A stretch of 48,913 nt of DNA, counting the filler, from Stramenopiles sp. TOSAG23-3 (taxonomy: Eukaryota): assembly GCA_900128585.1 (NCBI GenBank). It is 4 parts of 4 records of this genome, joined end to end, with 100 filler letters (N's around TTAATTAATTAA, not from the genome) between each part and the next. Parts side by side here need not be neighbours in the genome. Positions count along the whole stretch, not along the records: positions 1 to 22,342 come from LT642338.1; 3 more parts are not named here. The stretch is one strand, 5' to 3'. The position numbers and the translations under genes were made by a program. The notes under the pieces are model-generated. The model saw only the letters and a list, made by a program, of their open reading frames with translations, was not told where the DNA came from and made no database searches. Of the stretch, positions 1 through 11,292 are shown in pieces. Position 1 is the first letter of the stretch. The number at the start of each line of letters is the position of its first letter.

Positions 1-1101
1 CAAAATGGAAATGGTTATCAAAATAAAAGCAATAAATCCTTCTTCATCTTTTTTTGAAAAAAAAAATAACGACTGTCGTCGTCTATAATTGTACTGATTG
101 TATTCTAAAAGAATAAAATACCTATTTATATGAAGAACGAAAAGAAGTAATAAAAAATAAAACTGTGATTCCTTCCTTCCTTCTTCCCTGGTTACCATTG
201 TGACATTATTAGCTATTATCCATTTATTATAATATACTGAAGTTTTTCTGAGATGAAGAAGAAGTAATAAATAGTCTAGCTAATAAATACGTAAATCACT
301 AAACTCTGAACTCTGATCTGAACTCTGAACGTTAAAATTAGTCCGATCTGGGGTCTGGTCATCTGGGGTCTGGGGATGGAGAGATGGAGAGTAAATGATT
401 GATTTATTGCAATTTAAAATATAACAGAGACAGAGAGAGAGAGACACAAGAATTTCTATTAATGCACTACGTACGTACGAGTATTATTTTGTATACGTAT
501 TTAGACAGAATTTTTACCTATTTAATTTTGTATTGGTGTACCACCTGTATTTAATTCCAGTAGTAGTACGAGTAGTGTGGCTCACATTAATTTTAATACT
601 AGACAACCGACTATGAAACAATGAGGAAAGTATGGCGGGGAACTTAATTACATTAGTCTATACGTAATACAAAAAAAAAGAAGAGAACAGGCAACGTTCA
701 TTGTAAAAGTTAATGGTGTGTTCCTTGTAGAATCTCTCTCTCTCTCAGGAACACCGATCCTTTTTTTGTTTTCCTTCTTATTCTCCTATTGGCCTATGGT
801 ACTAGCTACTCCTCTTTCTTTTTTTTTCTTCTTCTTCTTCTGCTTCTTCGCGCAATCGAATTTTTTTTGCTTTACCCTTGTTGCAGACGAATAGAAGTGT
901 CCTTCGTTAAGAAGTCTTCATCTATGGTTTGACATCACTTTTTTTCACATATTGTTTCTTACAATAACAGTTATAAAGCGGTATCAAAATCATCAAGAAG
1001 AGTAATATTTTTTGAGTCACACCGAAACCAGCATTACAACGCAATAAATTTATCTATCCCATACACCCCTTTCCACATTTAGCACCAGGTACGACAAAAC
1101 C

Positions 1102-2322
1102 ATGGCTACGTTTTCACCTTCCGTGTACAAACAGCGCTTTGGGCTGAAGGACACAACCAACACTAGGCAGAGGCCATCTGCGATGAATCTTTTGATGGAA
1201 GCAAATGTTGAAGTTACAAAAGAACGTAAAAATAAAACGAACGAGATTATAGCTCATCGGATGCAAAGGAAAGAAAACCAGTACGCTCAGAAAATGGAAG
1301 AGCAGGAAGAAGAGGATCGCCGAACAGCTGCTAAGATGCAGCTGGAAGAGAATGATAGCGCTTATGCAGAGGCATTGCTCGCAAAAGAAGAAATGGAAAA
1401 AGAGAGAAAAATTCAGCAAGAGAAAGAAAACGAGTCAAAAAGCTTACTTTTTGCCAAAAAACTCAGGGAGGAAGAAAAGAAAGAAGAGCAGCAAATGTCG
1501 AAGAAATTGAAGAAGCAGTCTTCCAAGGACGAGAAACTTGCAAAAAAGTTTCAGCAAAAAGAGAACCGTGAGTGGAAGCAGGAGCAAGCGTTGAAAGAAA
1601 GGCAAGAGCTCAAAAAGGAAAGGCAAGAGCTTAGGGAGAAGAATGCCCGACTGAAGGAGGAACAGAAAAATTTGGGGTTAGCCCGAAATCTGTATTTGAA
1701 GGAGGAGAAAGAACGCGAGCTAGCCAGCAAAGAGAGACAGAGAATTGCGCAAAGGGACATGGAAATGGCACGCAAGCTACAGGAAGAAGAGCTGTCGGAT
1801 GTTATTGATACAACCGATAAGGTAGTGCAAAATTGGAAAGAGCCGACGGTAGAGGTCGAAGAAAAAAGCAGTGGAGTTATGTTGGTTGTTGAGTTGCAGG
1901 GAGTCCGCAGAATGGAAGTCGATTTGGACGAAGAGGAAAAAGTAGTGTACGTGACTGCCATACCAAAGTCCAAAACCTACGATCCCTTGCATGACCACCA
2001 CCCCGAGCTGAGAAAGCTTGCGTGTAAGGATAAGCTTGAAGAATCAAAATTTCACATTGATTTAAACGCTATAGCAGACGGGTTTTTTACCCATGAAGAT
2101 ATTGAAAGCAACTACAACCCGAAATCAGGAGAGCTGGAAATTTTTATTCACAATGTACGCCTATGCTCAATGCAAAAAAGGAATAAATTTCTTTCAAAAA
2201 TATCGTCGAATCTGTCGAAAATATTCAGGCGCAAAAGCCGGAACAAGGACGATGAGCATGAAAAACAAGTAGGGGAAGGACTTCCAGCTGCAGCTATAAG
2301 GCGCAGGTATTCAAAGAAGTAA
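1102..2322 (+). CDS. Coiled-coil protein with repeated MIU-like ubiquitin-binding motifs and a C-terminal alpha-crystallin/HSP20-like domain
   Basis: 406-aa ATG ORF. Repeated DxxLAxxLxxEE-type motifs (DSAYAEALLAKEE, DEKLAKKFQQKE, DMEMARKLQEEE). C-terminal beta pattern VEVEEKSSGVMLVVELQGV...IESNYNPKSGELEIFI resembles an ACD. Confidence 0.6.
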   Translation: MATFSPSVYKQRFGLKDTTNTRQRPSAMNLLMEANVEVTKERKNKTNEIIAHRMQRKENQYAQKMEEQEEEDRRTAAKMQLEENDSAYAEALLAKEEMEKERKIQQEKENESKSLLFAKKLREEEKKEEQQMSKKLKKQSSKDEKLAKKFQQKENREWKQEQALKERQELKKERQELREKNARLKEEQKNLGLARNLYLKEEKERELASKERQRIAQRDMEMARKLQEEELSDVIDTTDKVVQNWKEPTVEVEEKSSGVMLVVELQGVRRMEVDLDEEEKVVYVTAIPKSKTYDPLHDHHPELRKLACKDKLEESKFHIDLNAIADGFFTHEDIESNYNPKSGELEIFIHNVRLCSMQKRNKFLSKISSNLSKIFRRKSRNKDDEHEKQVGEGLPAAAIRRRYSKK

Positions 2323-2606
2323 ATTGGACGAAGCATTTTATTTGTTCTCAAATGCTTCAGTTACCACAATGATCGAAAACAAAACACAAGGTCTTATTTG
2401 TTCATCAAACCAGACTGCCCCCGTACTCTACTACAAGAAGCAAGTGAACGTGCGCTTTGGATTCACGAGCTTTACACTCAGAAAAAGGAAAAACGTTTCT
2501 TTAATTATTTGTAGTAACTAAAGAACTAAAACAAGAAAATTGGCTGTTATTTAAGTAATTAAATTTAGCTTCGTCATACCCTAATCCTAACTTGGTTCTG
2601 TAATTT

Positions 2607-2654
2607 NNNNNNNNNNNNNNNNNNNNNNNNNNNNNNNNNNNNNNNNNNNNNNNN
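2607..2654. other. Assembly gap (N run)
   Basis: Run of n characters. Confidence 1.
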
Positions 2655-2997
2655 CCGATATCTCACTCATAGATAAATCAATCATTGTACCATCTTCCAA
2701 GCAGCGGCTTATTTGTTGTTTAGGTGCTCGTTGTCTGTCTTTTTTAGAACTTTCACATTAAAGCGCTTATATTTTTGTAAACTTAAAACTTATTACGCAT
2801 TTCGGTTTTTTATTATTTCAAAACGTATTTAAAATGACTATTTATAAATTTTTATATATTTTGTTTTTCAGTATTTTTAAAATGATTAATCAAGAGATAT
2901 TTGCATTTTGGTCTTTTAAAAAATAACAGCCAAATTTTTCTTGTTTTTTATGTCAGAACCGGACGCGTAAATCACCAACCCCCGTTGTTAGTTTACA

Positions 2998-3666
2998 CTA
3001 CACGTCTTTGCACAGCGCTCGAAATTTGCATCTCATCGCTCGTACGAATTCTGAGAAATCGTTGCTTGAATTAAGAGTTGCAAGCAATTCCTCGGTGCCA
3101 CTAACAGCAGGCGAACAGTCGATCATATTGTACTTATCTGTCTCGTCTACGTGAATCGAAAAGGAAAAAACTAAGCTGTGGTTTCTAGGATCAACCTGGG
3201 TAAAACTCAGCTTTAAACGGTTTGCACCTAACCGCTGAAAATCGAGGCCAAGCCTCTTTTTAAATGCAATAATTCCATACGTCAAATCATTGTTCATTTG
3301 ATTTGTCTCTTTTGAATGTTGCTGCACTTCCGTGGAAAGGTGCGAAAGCTTTCTTCGAGCCATTTCCTCCTTTGTTCGAAGCTCCGAAAGCCTCTCTGGC
3401 ATCTCCCGGTATTGCCTTTGCAAATTTTCACTCTCCTCCTCCAATTTCTTCTCCAACGCTTTCACTGTCACTAAATCTCCTTTCATTTTCGTGGCTTCTG
3501 TACGGTATGCATCGATTTCATTGCGCAATGCATTCTTTTTATGTCCTGCTTTTTGCATGAAGTTGTTGTGCCCAGCAATTTTTGTGTCCGCGTCTTGTAG
3601 CATCGATGCACAAAACTCGTTCAGGCGTCGCTTTGAACGTTCCATATCTCTCTGTAGCAAATTCAT
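2998..3666 (-). CDS. SPC25: Kinetochore NDC80-complex subunit Spc25
   Basis: N-terminal coiled coil followed by the Spc25 RWD-type motif LGLDFQRLGANRLKLSFTQVDP...FSFSIHVD...DCSPAV...LNSSNDFSEFVRAMRCKF. First ATG at 3666 (ORF track starts at TTG 3675). Confidence 0.85.
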   Translation of the reverse strand: MNLLQRDMERSKRRLNEFCASMLQDADTKIAGHNNFMQKAGHKKNALRNEIDAYRTEATKMKGDLVTVKALEKKLEEESENLQRQYREMPERLSELRTKEEMARRKLSHLSTEVQQHSKETNQMNNDLTYGIIAFKKRLGLDFQRLGANRLKLSFTQVDPRNHSLVFSFSIHVDETDKYNMIDCSPAVSGTEELLATLNSSNDFSEFVRAMRCKFRALCKDV

Positions 3667-5141
3667 TACCTCCAAATTTTCTACAAAATCGTTTTAAATT
3701 AAGAGTAGAAACAATGAATCAATATTTAACCGCGACTTTTGCACGTCTAGTTTCTACCATCCAAACAAATACACAATCCAATTTGCCGATATAAGAAAAG
3801 AAATGGCATTACATTGTTTGTTGTCTATTACATCATACTCATCGGTTAGTTTTTTTTGCCTCTTCCTCGAATATTAATTATTATTTTTTTAATAAATAAT
3901 TACTACTGTAGTATTAATAATTTTTTTTTTCAAAAAAAGAAAAAGAAAAAAAAAAAAGTGAAGAAGAAGAATGAAATAAAAAAAGAAGCAGCAGTGGTGG
4001 AAGCTCAATGTACGTACATTAGTCTAGTATATAATATTATACAATAATAAAATAATAATAGACGACTATGAAGAAATAGTGTGAAGAAGTTTTACGGGAG
4101 AGAGAAGAAAAAAAGAATTTACTACTGTACGTTGGAGAGAGAGAGAGAGAAATAGTGAGGCGAAATAAATTAGTACTAATAATTATATTTGTATTTATAT
4201 GTCCTATATATATTCGTATTCTATATACAATATAGTTGTTTAATAATATAGTGCACCTTGTAAAATACTGTAAATTCAAAAACAAATTACAATGAACGAC
4301 AAAACACCCTCATATTTATATTGATATTTACAGTACAGCGTTCCTGTATTTAAATAACGTTAAAACAAATAGTAGGCAGGCCACTACCAGGAGGCTAGGC
4401 TACGAGGACTTACTACGAGGATTAGGCTCTCTCTCATCTCAAGTGGATCAAGGCGGCGACTTGGCTTGGCTTGGCCTTTCTCTCTCCTCTTCTTATTTTA
4501 TACCCGTTCCGTTGCTGAGGATTTTTTGAGGAAATAAAACGGTTTTTGATCTGTTTAAAATAAATAACATTAAATAAATATTCTTGAACATTCATTAATG
4601 AAGAGTAGAATTAATTAATACATATTTACTAATATTGACTTTTCAAACGCGGTCGATTCAATTCCAAGAAAAAAAAAGGAAAAAACAAAACAAAACAGAA
4701 AAGCACAAAAGGAGCAAAGAGGAGGAGGTGAGATCATTATTCTTCCTTCGGTGAGGGAGGGTTATTTTCTAAATAAGAAGAGAAGATGACCTCTTTTCTT
4801 TTTCTAATAAAATAATAATAAAAAATAAATTGCAACTACAGCAACATTACATGTACACACTACTGGGATACCAGGGAGCTAATTTAAAGAGAATCATCAT
4901 CATCCTTCTTTCTTCTTCTTTCTTCATCATCATCAATCGCCTGGTGGCCGTTTTTCTTTTTGTTGGCATCTCCTCACTGCTGTTGTTTGGACGCTTTACT
5001 TTGGTGGATCTATTAGAACGTGCGAAATTTTTGTACGTAAAGGCAGTAACACACTTATATCCAAAAAATATATAGTGTAATATAATTGAAGGAACGGGGT
5101 TTGCTTATATCTTACCGCAAGCAATTGGTATCTTGCATATT

Positions 5142-7406
5142 ATGTCGAATCCGAAGAGGGACAACACGAAGGAGTTTGGTTGTATTGACGTTCGCTATGG
5201 TAGCGGCAAGTCGGCTTTGTACATAAACAGAGATAATTCAGGTTTTGCGTATTATGAAAGTGGCCGAGTTGCGGTGTGTGTCAGTTCGTTGATAAATGGA
5301 TACCAAGTAAAAAGTTTCTTTTATGCCGATGACCACGCGAAAACGCTCATCGGAACAATTGACGAGAACGTGTGCGGTTTCGCGTACGACTTCACAGGCG
5401 ATGACGAAAAGTATAGGAAAGGGAACCAGTTCCGAGGCCGAAAGTTTCTAATGACAGGTTCTGGGTGCATATATACGGATTCAGAGGGAAATATCGTTAA
5501 GGAGTGGAAATGGAACCCGAAGGCCCAAGGCGCGGGGACTCCCCCGGACAGACCAATTGAATTCAATCTGAACGATCAGCTAAAGTTCAAGTTCATTGAT
5601 AGAAAAAAAATTATTGTGTATTTTCGTGTCCCTTCGGAGGGATTGCAGTACGCATTTGACTGTGGAGAAAAGTTGAGAAGGACAAAGACGTACATCGACA
5701 ATGGGCAGTACAGCAAAGTCATCAAGGGGAAAATTGATCTTACAGTTGAGACCCCAAGTCTCATCCAGCGATTTGATGAAGAAGAGGCCTTGAACCGGCT
5801 GAACAAGTCGAACGTTAGCAGCAAGGATATTAGTGACCCAGAGATAGCGGCTGCCATGAGAGCCCAGGAGCTGATCACGGAAGAGTACAAGGATAGAATC
5901 ATCAATCACAAATACGTAACCCCGTACATGGACGCGTGTTGGCACAAAGATGCGCTAAACAAAACCGTGCGGGAGGTTCCAAAAATTTCGGAAACGGGAA
6001 CAGAAATCGGACCGAAACCAGAAGATCCAACAGCAGGTATATATTGTCTGGGCAGCACGCAGCGACAAGATGCCAGCATCAAGCCAAGCGCTGGCACGTT
6101 GAGAAAGAAAAACATAGTCGAGGAGGGCGAGTTGGAGACTTCAAAACGTTTACATAAGGAGAACCCAAAGTTGCCAAGGCCATTTGTGCTACGAGCTGCC
6201 AGCGGGAGGTATACTCGAGACATGCCTGTTGAAGTGGAATTGGACATTTCAGTCCCATTGGAACCTGTCACCCCCAAGACTTTTGATTCGTACGTCAAGG
6301 AAATAGCAGCCCCAGACCAGCTTTGTGTCATTTTGTGCTATCGCGCAGACACGCAAGAGCACGTTTGGGCAGACCAGCTGTTTCAGTATGTCCTAGGGTC
6401 TGTGGTAACGGCCGGATCAAAGCCTGGAAAGCGCATTCGGAGGGAGAAGGATTTAGGGAAAATTTTATACCGGATGGGAAAATTTGACATGGCACAATCT
6501 CGGCTTTTGGTCAAGCGTTACAACGTCAAGTCTTTGCCGTGTTACTTGGCCTTTTACGATGGGAAGCTAGTCTGTTCGAATGCTTTAGGCGCAAAGGCGA
6601 TTGCTTTGACCAAGTCTGACGATAGTCCTAGAACGTTGCTATACGAACCTAACTTTACAGATCAGATTAAAACGGAGAAAATACTTAAAAAACTAAGGTA
6701 CGAGTGGGACCTTTCCTTGACGTCTGCTGCGGGAGTGGCACGAGCCAAGGACCTGGCGGACTCTGGGCGGCATCTTGGAGCCGACCGCCAAGATGAGTAT
6801 GCGTTTTCGTTAGTACTAGTAAATAACGAAATGGTCACCGCAGAAGACGTTAAAACCCTAAAGTCCTTCATATCTCGGACGGGAGTCGCTGGCCCTACAA
6901 AATCAGGAGCGTTGTTTTGTTCGATGGTAAAAATGGGAACTGTTCCTCTGGCGAAGCTGCCTCTGGACTTGTCTCTCGCCCCAGAGCAGCAAGGTTATAC
7001 TGCACCAATTGCGTGTCCTCGTACTGGCATAGTCCTGGGCGCTTCTGCCGAGCATTTGTGCCATGATACTTGTACTACGGCGGTAGTAAAAGACATTCGA
7101 CGTGGAACGTTAGACGCAATGAGCAAGCAAGTACAGATTATCAAACAAAAGGCGATGGATGCCGCTGTAGCAGCCCGGAGCAAAGCAGCTGGTACCGAGG
7201 CCCCGCGCGAAGAAGTAGATGGGAGGCACATGGGGCACACTAAGACAGATCTTTTGCAAGAGTTTGCTGAAGCTCTAGCTAAAGGAAGGCGGGGCCAATT
7301 TCAGAAAAAGGACTTTAAATATGGTCTCAAGCTAACCACTTCAACTACTAATTTTCGTGGCCAGGTTCTGGGAGAAAAATATAGAAAAAGAAGAGCACAA
7401 CGATAA
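5142..7406 (+). CDS. FAM194/C3orf20 (ERICH6-related) protein with thioredoxin-like and degenerate receiver-like domains
   Basis: FAM194-like N-terminus (SGFAYYESGRVAVCVSS...FFYADD...IGTIDENVCGF...KEWKW...EFNLNDQLKFKFIDRKKIIVYF). Thioredoxin-fold-like segment (KFDMAQSRLLVKRYNVKSLPCYLAFYDGKLV). First ATG at 5142. Confidence 0.7.
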   Translation: MSNPKRDNTKEFGCIDVRYGSGKSALYINRDNSGFAYYESGRVAVCVSSLINGYQVKSFFYADDHAKTLIGTIDENVCGFAYDFTGDDEKYRKGNQFRGRKFLMTGSGCIYTDSEGNIVKEWKWNPKAQGAGTPPDRPIEFNLNDQLKFKFIDRKKIIVYFRVPSEGLQYAFDCGEKLRRTKTYIDNGQYSKVIKGKIDLTVETPSLIQRFDEEEALNRLNKSNVSSKDISDPEIAAAMRAQELITEEYKDRIINHKYVTPYMDACWHKDALNKTVREVPKISETGTEIGPKPEDPTAGIYCLGSTQRQDASIKPSAGTLRKKNIVEEGELETSKRLHKENPKLPRPFVLRAASGRYTRDMPVEVELDISVPLEPVTPKTFDSYVKEIAAPDQLCVILCYRADTQEHVWADQLFQYVLGSVVTAGSKPGKRIRREKDLGKILYRMGKFDMAQSRLLVKRYNVKSLPCYLAFYDGKLVCSNALGAKAIALTKSDDSPRTLLYEPNFTDQIKTEKILKKLRYEWDLSLTSAAGVARAKDLADSGRHLGADRQDEYAFSLVLVNNEMVTAEDVKTLKSFISRTGVAGPTKSGALFCSMVKMGTVPLAKLPLDLSLAPEQQGYTAPIACPRTGIVLGASAEHLCHDTCTTAVVKDIRRGTLDAMSKQVQIIKQKAMDAAVAARSKAAGTEAPREEVDGRHMGHTKTDLLQEFAEALAKGRRGQFQKKDFKYGLKLTTSTTNFRGQVLGEKYRKRRAQR

Positions 7407-7477
7407 ACATATGATAAGAGAGTTGAATCTCTCGCCCATTAATTTGTGTGTCGCGAGACTGGTTTGCGCCATGTGTG

Positions 7478-7535
7478 TATGATAGGTTTAAAAACAAGAA
7501 AATTGGCTATGATAGGTTTAAAAACAAGAAAATTG
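7478..7535 (+). repeat. Tandem duplication, 28 bp identical at 30-bp period, containing the convergent-intergenic motif
   Basis: tatgataggtttaaaaacaagaaaattg occurs at 7478 and 7508. Confidence 0.9.
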
Positions 7536-7899
7536 TTATGAGTGCTGGAAAAACATCTTTTTTAAAAAAACAAAATATATAGTATATTTTAAGATCTTAA
7601 ATATGTACCATAATAACTGGCTGGCTGTTATTTTACGTGTAGATGATTTAAAGTTTATGCCTGGGTTCGGTACCGATACCTACCGTACCTGGTATTGTCT
7701 GTGGATCCGTAAACTTACCTGTACATGCACCTGTGGATCCGAAACCACCGAAGAATCCAATTCTCCCACCTTTTAAAAGGAAGAGAAAAATATTGCATAT
7801 GTCATATTTACAATATTTTTTAAAACAACAAGAGAAAATTGGCTATGATATTACAATATTTTTTATCATATGTAATGTATTCCGTAAATGCATGCGTGT

Positions 7900-10349
7900 T
7901 CAATTGCTTTGGCAATTTTTCAGTATAATATTTCCTTTCTTGTGGGATGGATCCAGCTTTATGGTTCGAAGAGCCCATCTTGATGCCTCAGTGCAATCAT
8001 TTTTGTGCTTATAGTATATGATCGCGATGTTTGAAAGTGCATCCGTTGCCGGTGGGCCCAGTTCTAGACTTCTTTTGTACATAACGACTGCTTCCTCGTA
8101 TTTTTTCAGTTTGTTGTACACATTTCCCGCGTTGAAGGCCGCGTCGGCATTGCTCGGGTTGTTAGAAAGTTCTGTGAATAACATATCTAGCTTTTTGTCT
8201 AGTTTCACCTCGAACCTTGCCATTTTCTCGTTAATCACCGGCAAAAGTGGATTTAAAAGATACGCTTTTTGAAAGCATTCATAAGCTGTAAAAATACCAT
8301 TGGGGTTACCGTTTGCTTGCACAGCATTACCGTATGCCAACCAGTATTCTGCACTCTTAAGGACACGCTTACTATCTGATTTTGAACTTCGCATCCCATA
8401 AGCTTCCTTGTACGACGACAGGTCTGCTGCTAGGTATGCTTTTTCATACCAGTGAAGTGCAGACATGGACTCTTCAAGGCCATCATACGATATAGCAACA
8501 TTCGCCATCGCCTCGGGCATTTTAGGATCAATTTCCAGGGCTTTTTTTCCAGAAATCAGGGCTTCCTTGTATCGTTTCATTTCCAGCAATAAATTCGCCT
8601 TGTTGTTATACGCAGAAGCGGAACGGTTGAACAAAGCGATTGCATCGTTATGAAGCAGCAGTGATTTTTCTAAGTTATCAAATTCTCGGTATGCATCCGC
8701 AAGATTTAAAGTAATTTCCGTGCCGTAAGCAGCCTGCTTGGGTTTTTCGAAACTCAAGCGATCAAATACATATTGATGCGCATGATCCCACAAACGTATT
8801 GAATTTTCCCAAGGTTTTTGAGCTTCGTGGCAACTCACAATTAATCTCACACAAATGAAACAATAGAGTCCCCCAAAAATGTAAGATATAAATCTGTATC
8901 TATTTTTACGTGACTGGGAAAATGTTACTATATTGTCAAAGAGTGCCGCAAGACAGGGTGCTATCACAATCGCGCTTGATATGTACAAATACCTGTCCGC
9001 ACCGACCGTCACTTTTTAGTTCAAAAGATAGACGTTTCTTTTGTTAGATCGCTTAATGTTGGAATATTTTGCATTGGCTGAAGGGTGTACTTACAATAAC
9101 CATGCTGGATTAATCCCATGACTGGCAGCATCACAAGCGTATATTGAAGCCAGTGGTTATACGCAGAGAAAAGAATGCCGAAAGGTTCAACGGAAGGTCC
9201 AGTGCGTAATAACATTGCCCGAACACTGCAAAATGTGAGGAGCGTAAACGCTATTATTGAGGCAGTAAATTCCGTGGACCAGAGAGAAAACTCCGAATTT
9301 GGCAAAGGATAAACAATATTTGGCTCACTAAAAACGAGTGTTCTGTATAAATACCAAAACAAGCTATAACATGCGCGAGCAACTCTTTGTGGTGTTGTAA
9401 GGCCATGAGACTCAGAGACTACGTTTGCTTTGTATGCAATTAAAAAAGCTGCCACAGTGATGATAATTTCGTAGACATGGCTTTTCAATGAATAGAAAAC
9501 TCGCTCCTTGAAAACTTTTGCACCTGAATCCGGTGGTTTTTGACGGCCGTTTCTGTATTTAGATTTGCCTGCCTTTCCTAATGCGTAGGGACACTTAAGA
9601 AACGAGCGAAACAAAAAATACGGCAGTAATCCAATCGCAGGACTTTTGCTCGTCACAGCAAGAACAAAAAAGATGGCTCGTTTTTTACCATTACCTTCAA
9701 AGACTTTCACGCTTTGCAAGCAAAAAAAACACGAAAGCACGTCTAAGAAATATGTGATGCATGTTAGTCGGCAGGTGAAACATAGAAATATCAAGCCAAA
9801 TAGCAAAACTTACAAGGAAGGCATGATGCCCAACAGACGGGTTCCACCCTCAAGGGATGGCTGTGACAACAATAATACAAGTTCTGTCAGAGATAATTTC
9901 GTTGAAGGTGCAACTTCGAAAAACACTTACACGGCGAATATTAAAGATGCCAAGAATTTCGATAATGGAAAACCAGGGCAGATATCAAAAACCGCCAAAG
10001 AATTCAAACAATGCAGACATAGACTAAATGCTATGAACGGCTGCGGTGAAATGGGGTCTTCGGGGGCACTGCCTAACACCAATCTTCCAGCACTGACAAT
10101 TGTTAACTTCGTGATTATTGCTGTTGGCTCGTAGACTCCTAATAAAGTCCCATCACTTATAGCCCACAACATGGAAGCTTTTGACAGGCCCCTTTTGATT
10201 ACATCGTTTTGCCTGTAGTTTTCATTATCATCCCAGGAGACGAAATCGTGCCGTAAAACTGAATGAAAGGCAATCGCTATTAGAAAGACAAGCAAACCCT
10301 TACAAAAGCCATTATGCAAATTACCAACGCCAAAAAAATTGTTCATCAT
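7900..10349 (-). CDS. TMTC-like protein O-mannosyltransferase (GT-C membrane domain plus TPR repeats), 4 exons: 10349-9931, 9860-9814, 9742-9095, 9011-7900 (741 aa)
   Basis: Three track ORFs join in frame via GTAAGT...AG introns (9930-9861, 9813-9743, 9094-9012). Splicing restores the family motifs FVSWDD, IFAVHPLRVEPVCWAS, SKSPA, GADRYLY and WENSIRLW, followed by TPRs. Exon total 2226 nt is divisible by 3. Confidence 0.85.
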
Positions 10350-11292
10350 GAGCGATTTTTCTTGGTATACTATTGATTGACTGCAAGGGAAACCAGCAAA
10401 CAATTTTATAAACAATACAAACGATCGAAACGCTTCCCAAAGTATTGAAATACGTTTGTTCTTTGTCGTTTTAAGCAACGTTTGTATTTGACCCTGCAAT
10501 TCATTCTTTTTTATTCATTCGCTCTATCTGGTTGTTTCTTTTAGTTCTCAACGCCACTCTTATTAATTGTAATAATTATTTATTTGATTGACAGACATAG
10601 CTATATAGACTTTCTTCTTCTTATATATTTATTTATTATACTACTCTTCCTTCATCTACTCTAAATCATACTGTTGGCCAATTATAAAGATTATAAGAGA
10701 TTATTAACAGAGGGTACACCAGGTATTATAAAAAAACCGAACCACCGCGGTTGTAATAAATATTATTTTTGAATAGAATAATAGAAGAATAATAATAATA
10801 TAAATAAATATTTATTATATAATTAATAATATATTTTTGAATTCGCCTTCTCACTTGACTCTTCTTCTCCTTTTCTTCTTCCTTCTTCTTCATCATGTCA
10901 TCTGTCTTCTCACTACTCATTTTTCAATAAAAAAAAACGAACTGGTAATTTATTTTTTAATAAAAAAATATTATTATTTTTAATGTTGTTATTAATAGTC
11001 GTTCTTCTTTCTTATTATTATTATTAGGACTATATTATTATTTATTATTTTTTTAAATATTATTACTGTATACTGCGGAAGAGGTGCTTCACATTTCCCA
11101 CGAACAAAATATCTGTCTACAAAAATTATGTGGTCTTGCGAAATGATTCACCAAGAGCAAAAAGTACACCCTTGAAGAATAATTGTAATCGTCCAACTCC
11201 GTAGCTGAAACCGTCATCAAATTTGGAGTGATATTGTAATATATTAATTCAAGTGTACAGCTGAAGTGGAGCAGGGCTTTTTTTTAGGGCCA

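Noticed and set aside
303-390. Short tandem units (actctga, gatctggggtctgg, atggagag) as a possible CRISPR-like or structured repeat
   Set aside because: Only 2-4 degenerate copies with no unique spacers; consistent with slippage-type low complexity.
2578-2590. Telomere-like ccctaatcctaa next to a gap (reverse complement also at about 44591-44603)
   Set aside because: Only two imperfect units; expected by chance and not an array.
3856-5075. Small ORFs in AT-rich intergenic DNA (also 10726, 12281, 18729-19129, 21961, 27352-28277, 39955, 41846)
   Set aside because: They translate poly-A/T, (CTT)n and (TAA)n tracts; no protein-like composition, and many lack ATG starts.
7900-10499. TMTC region as a frameshifted pseudogene or three separate genes
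   Set aside because: Three canonical introns restore a single in-frame protein with intact motifs.
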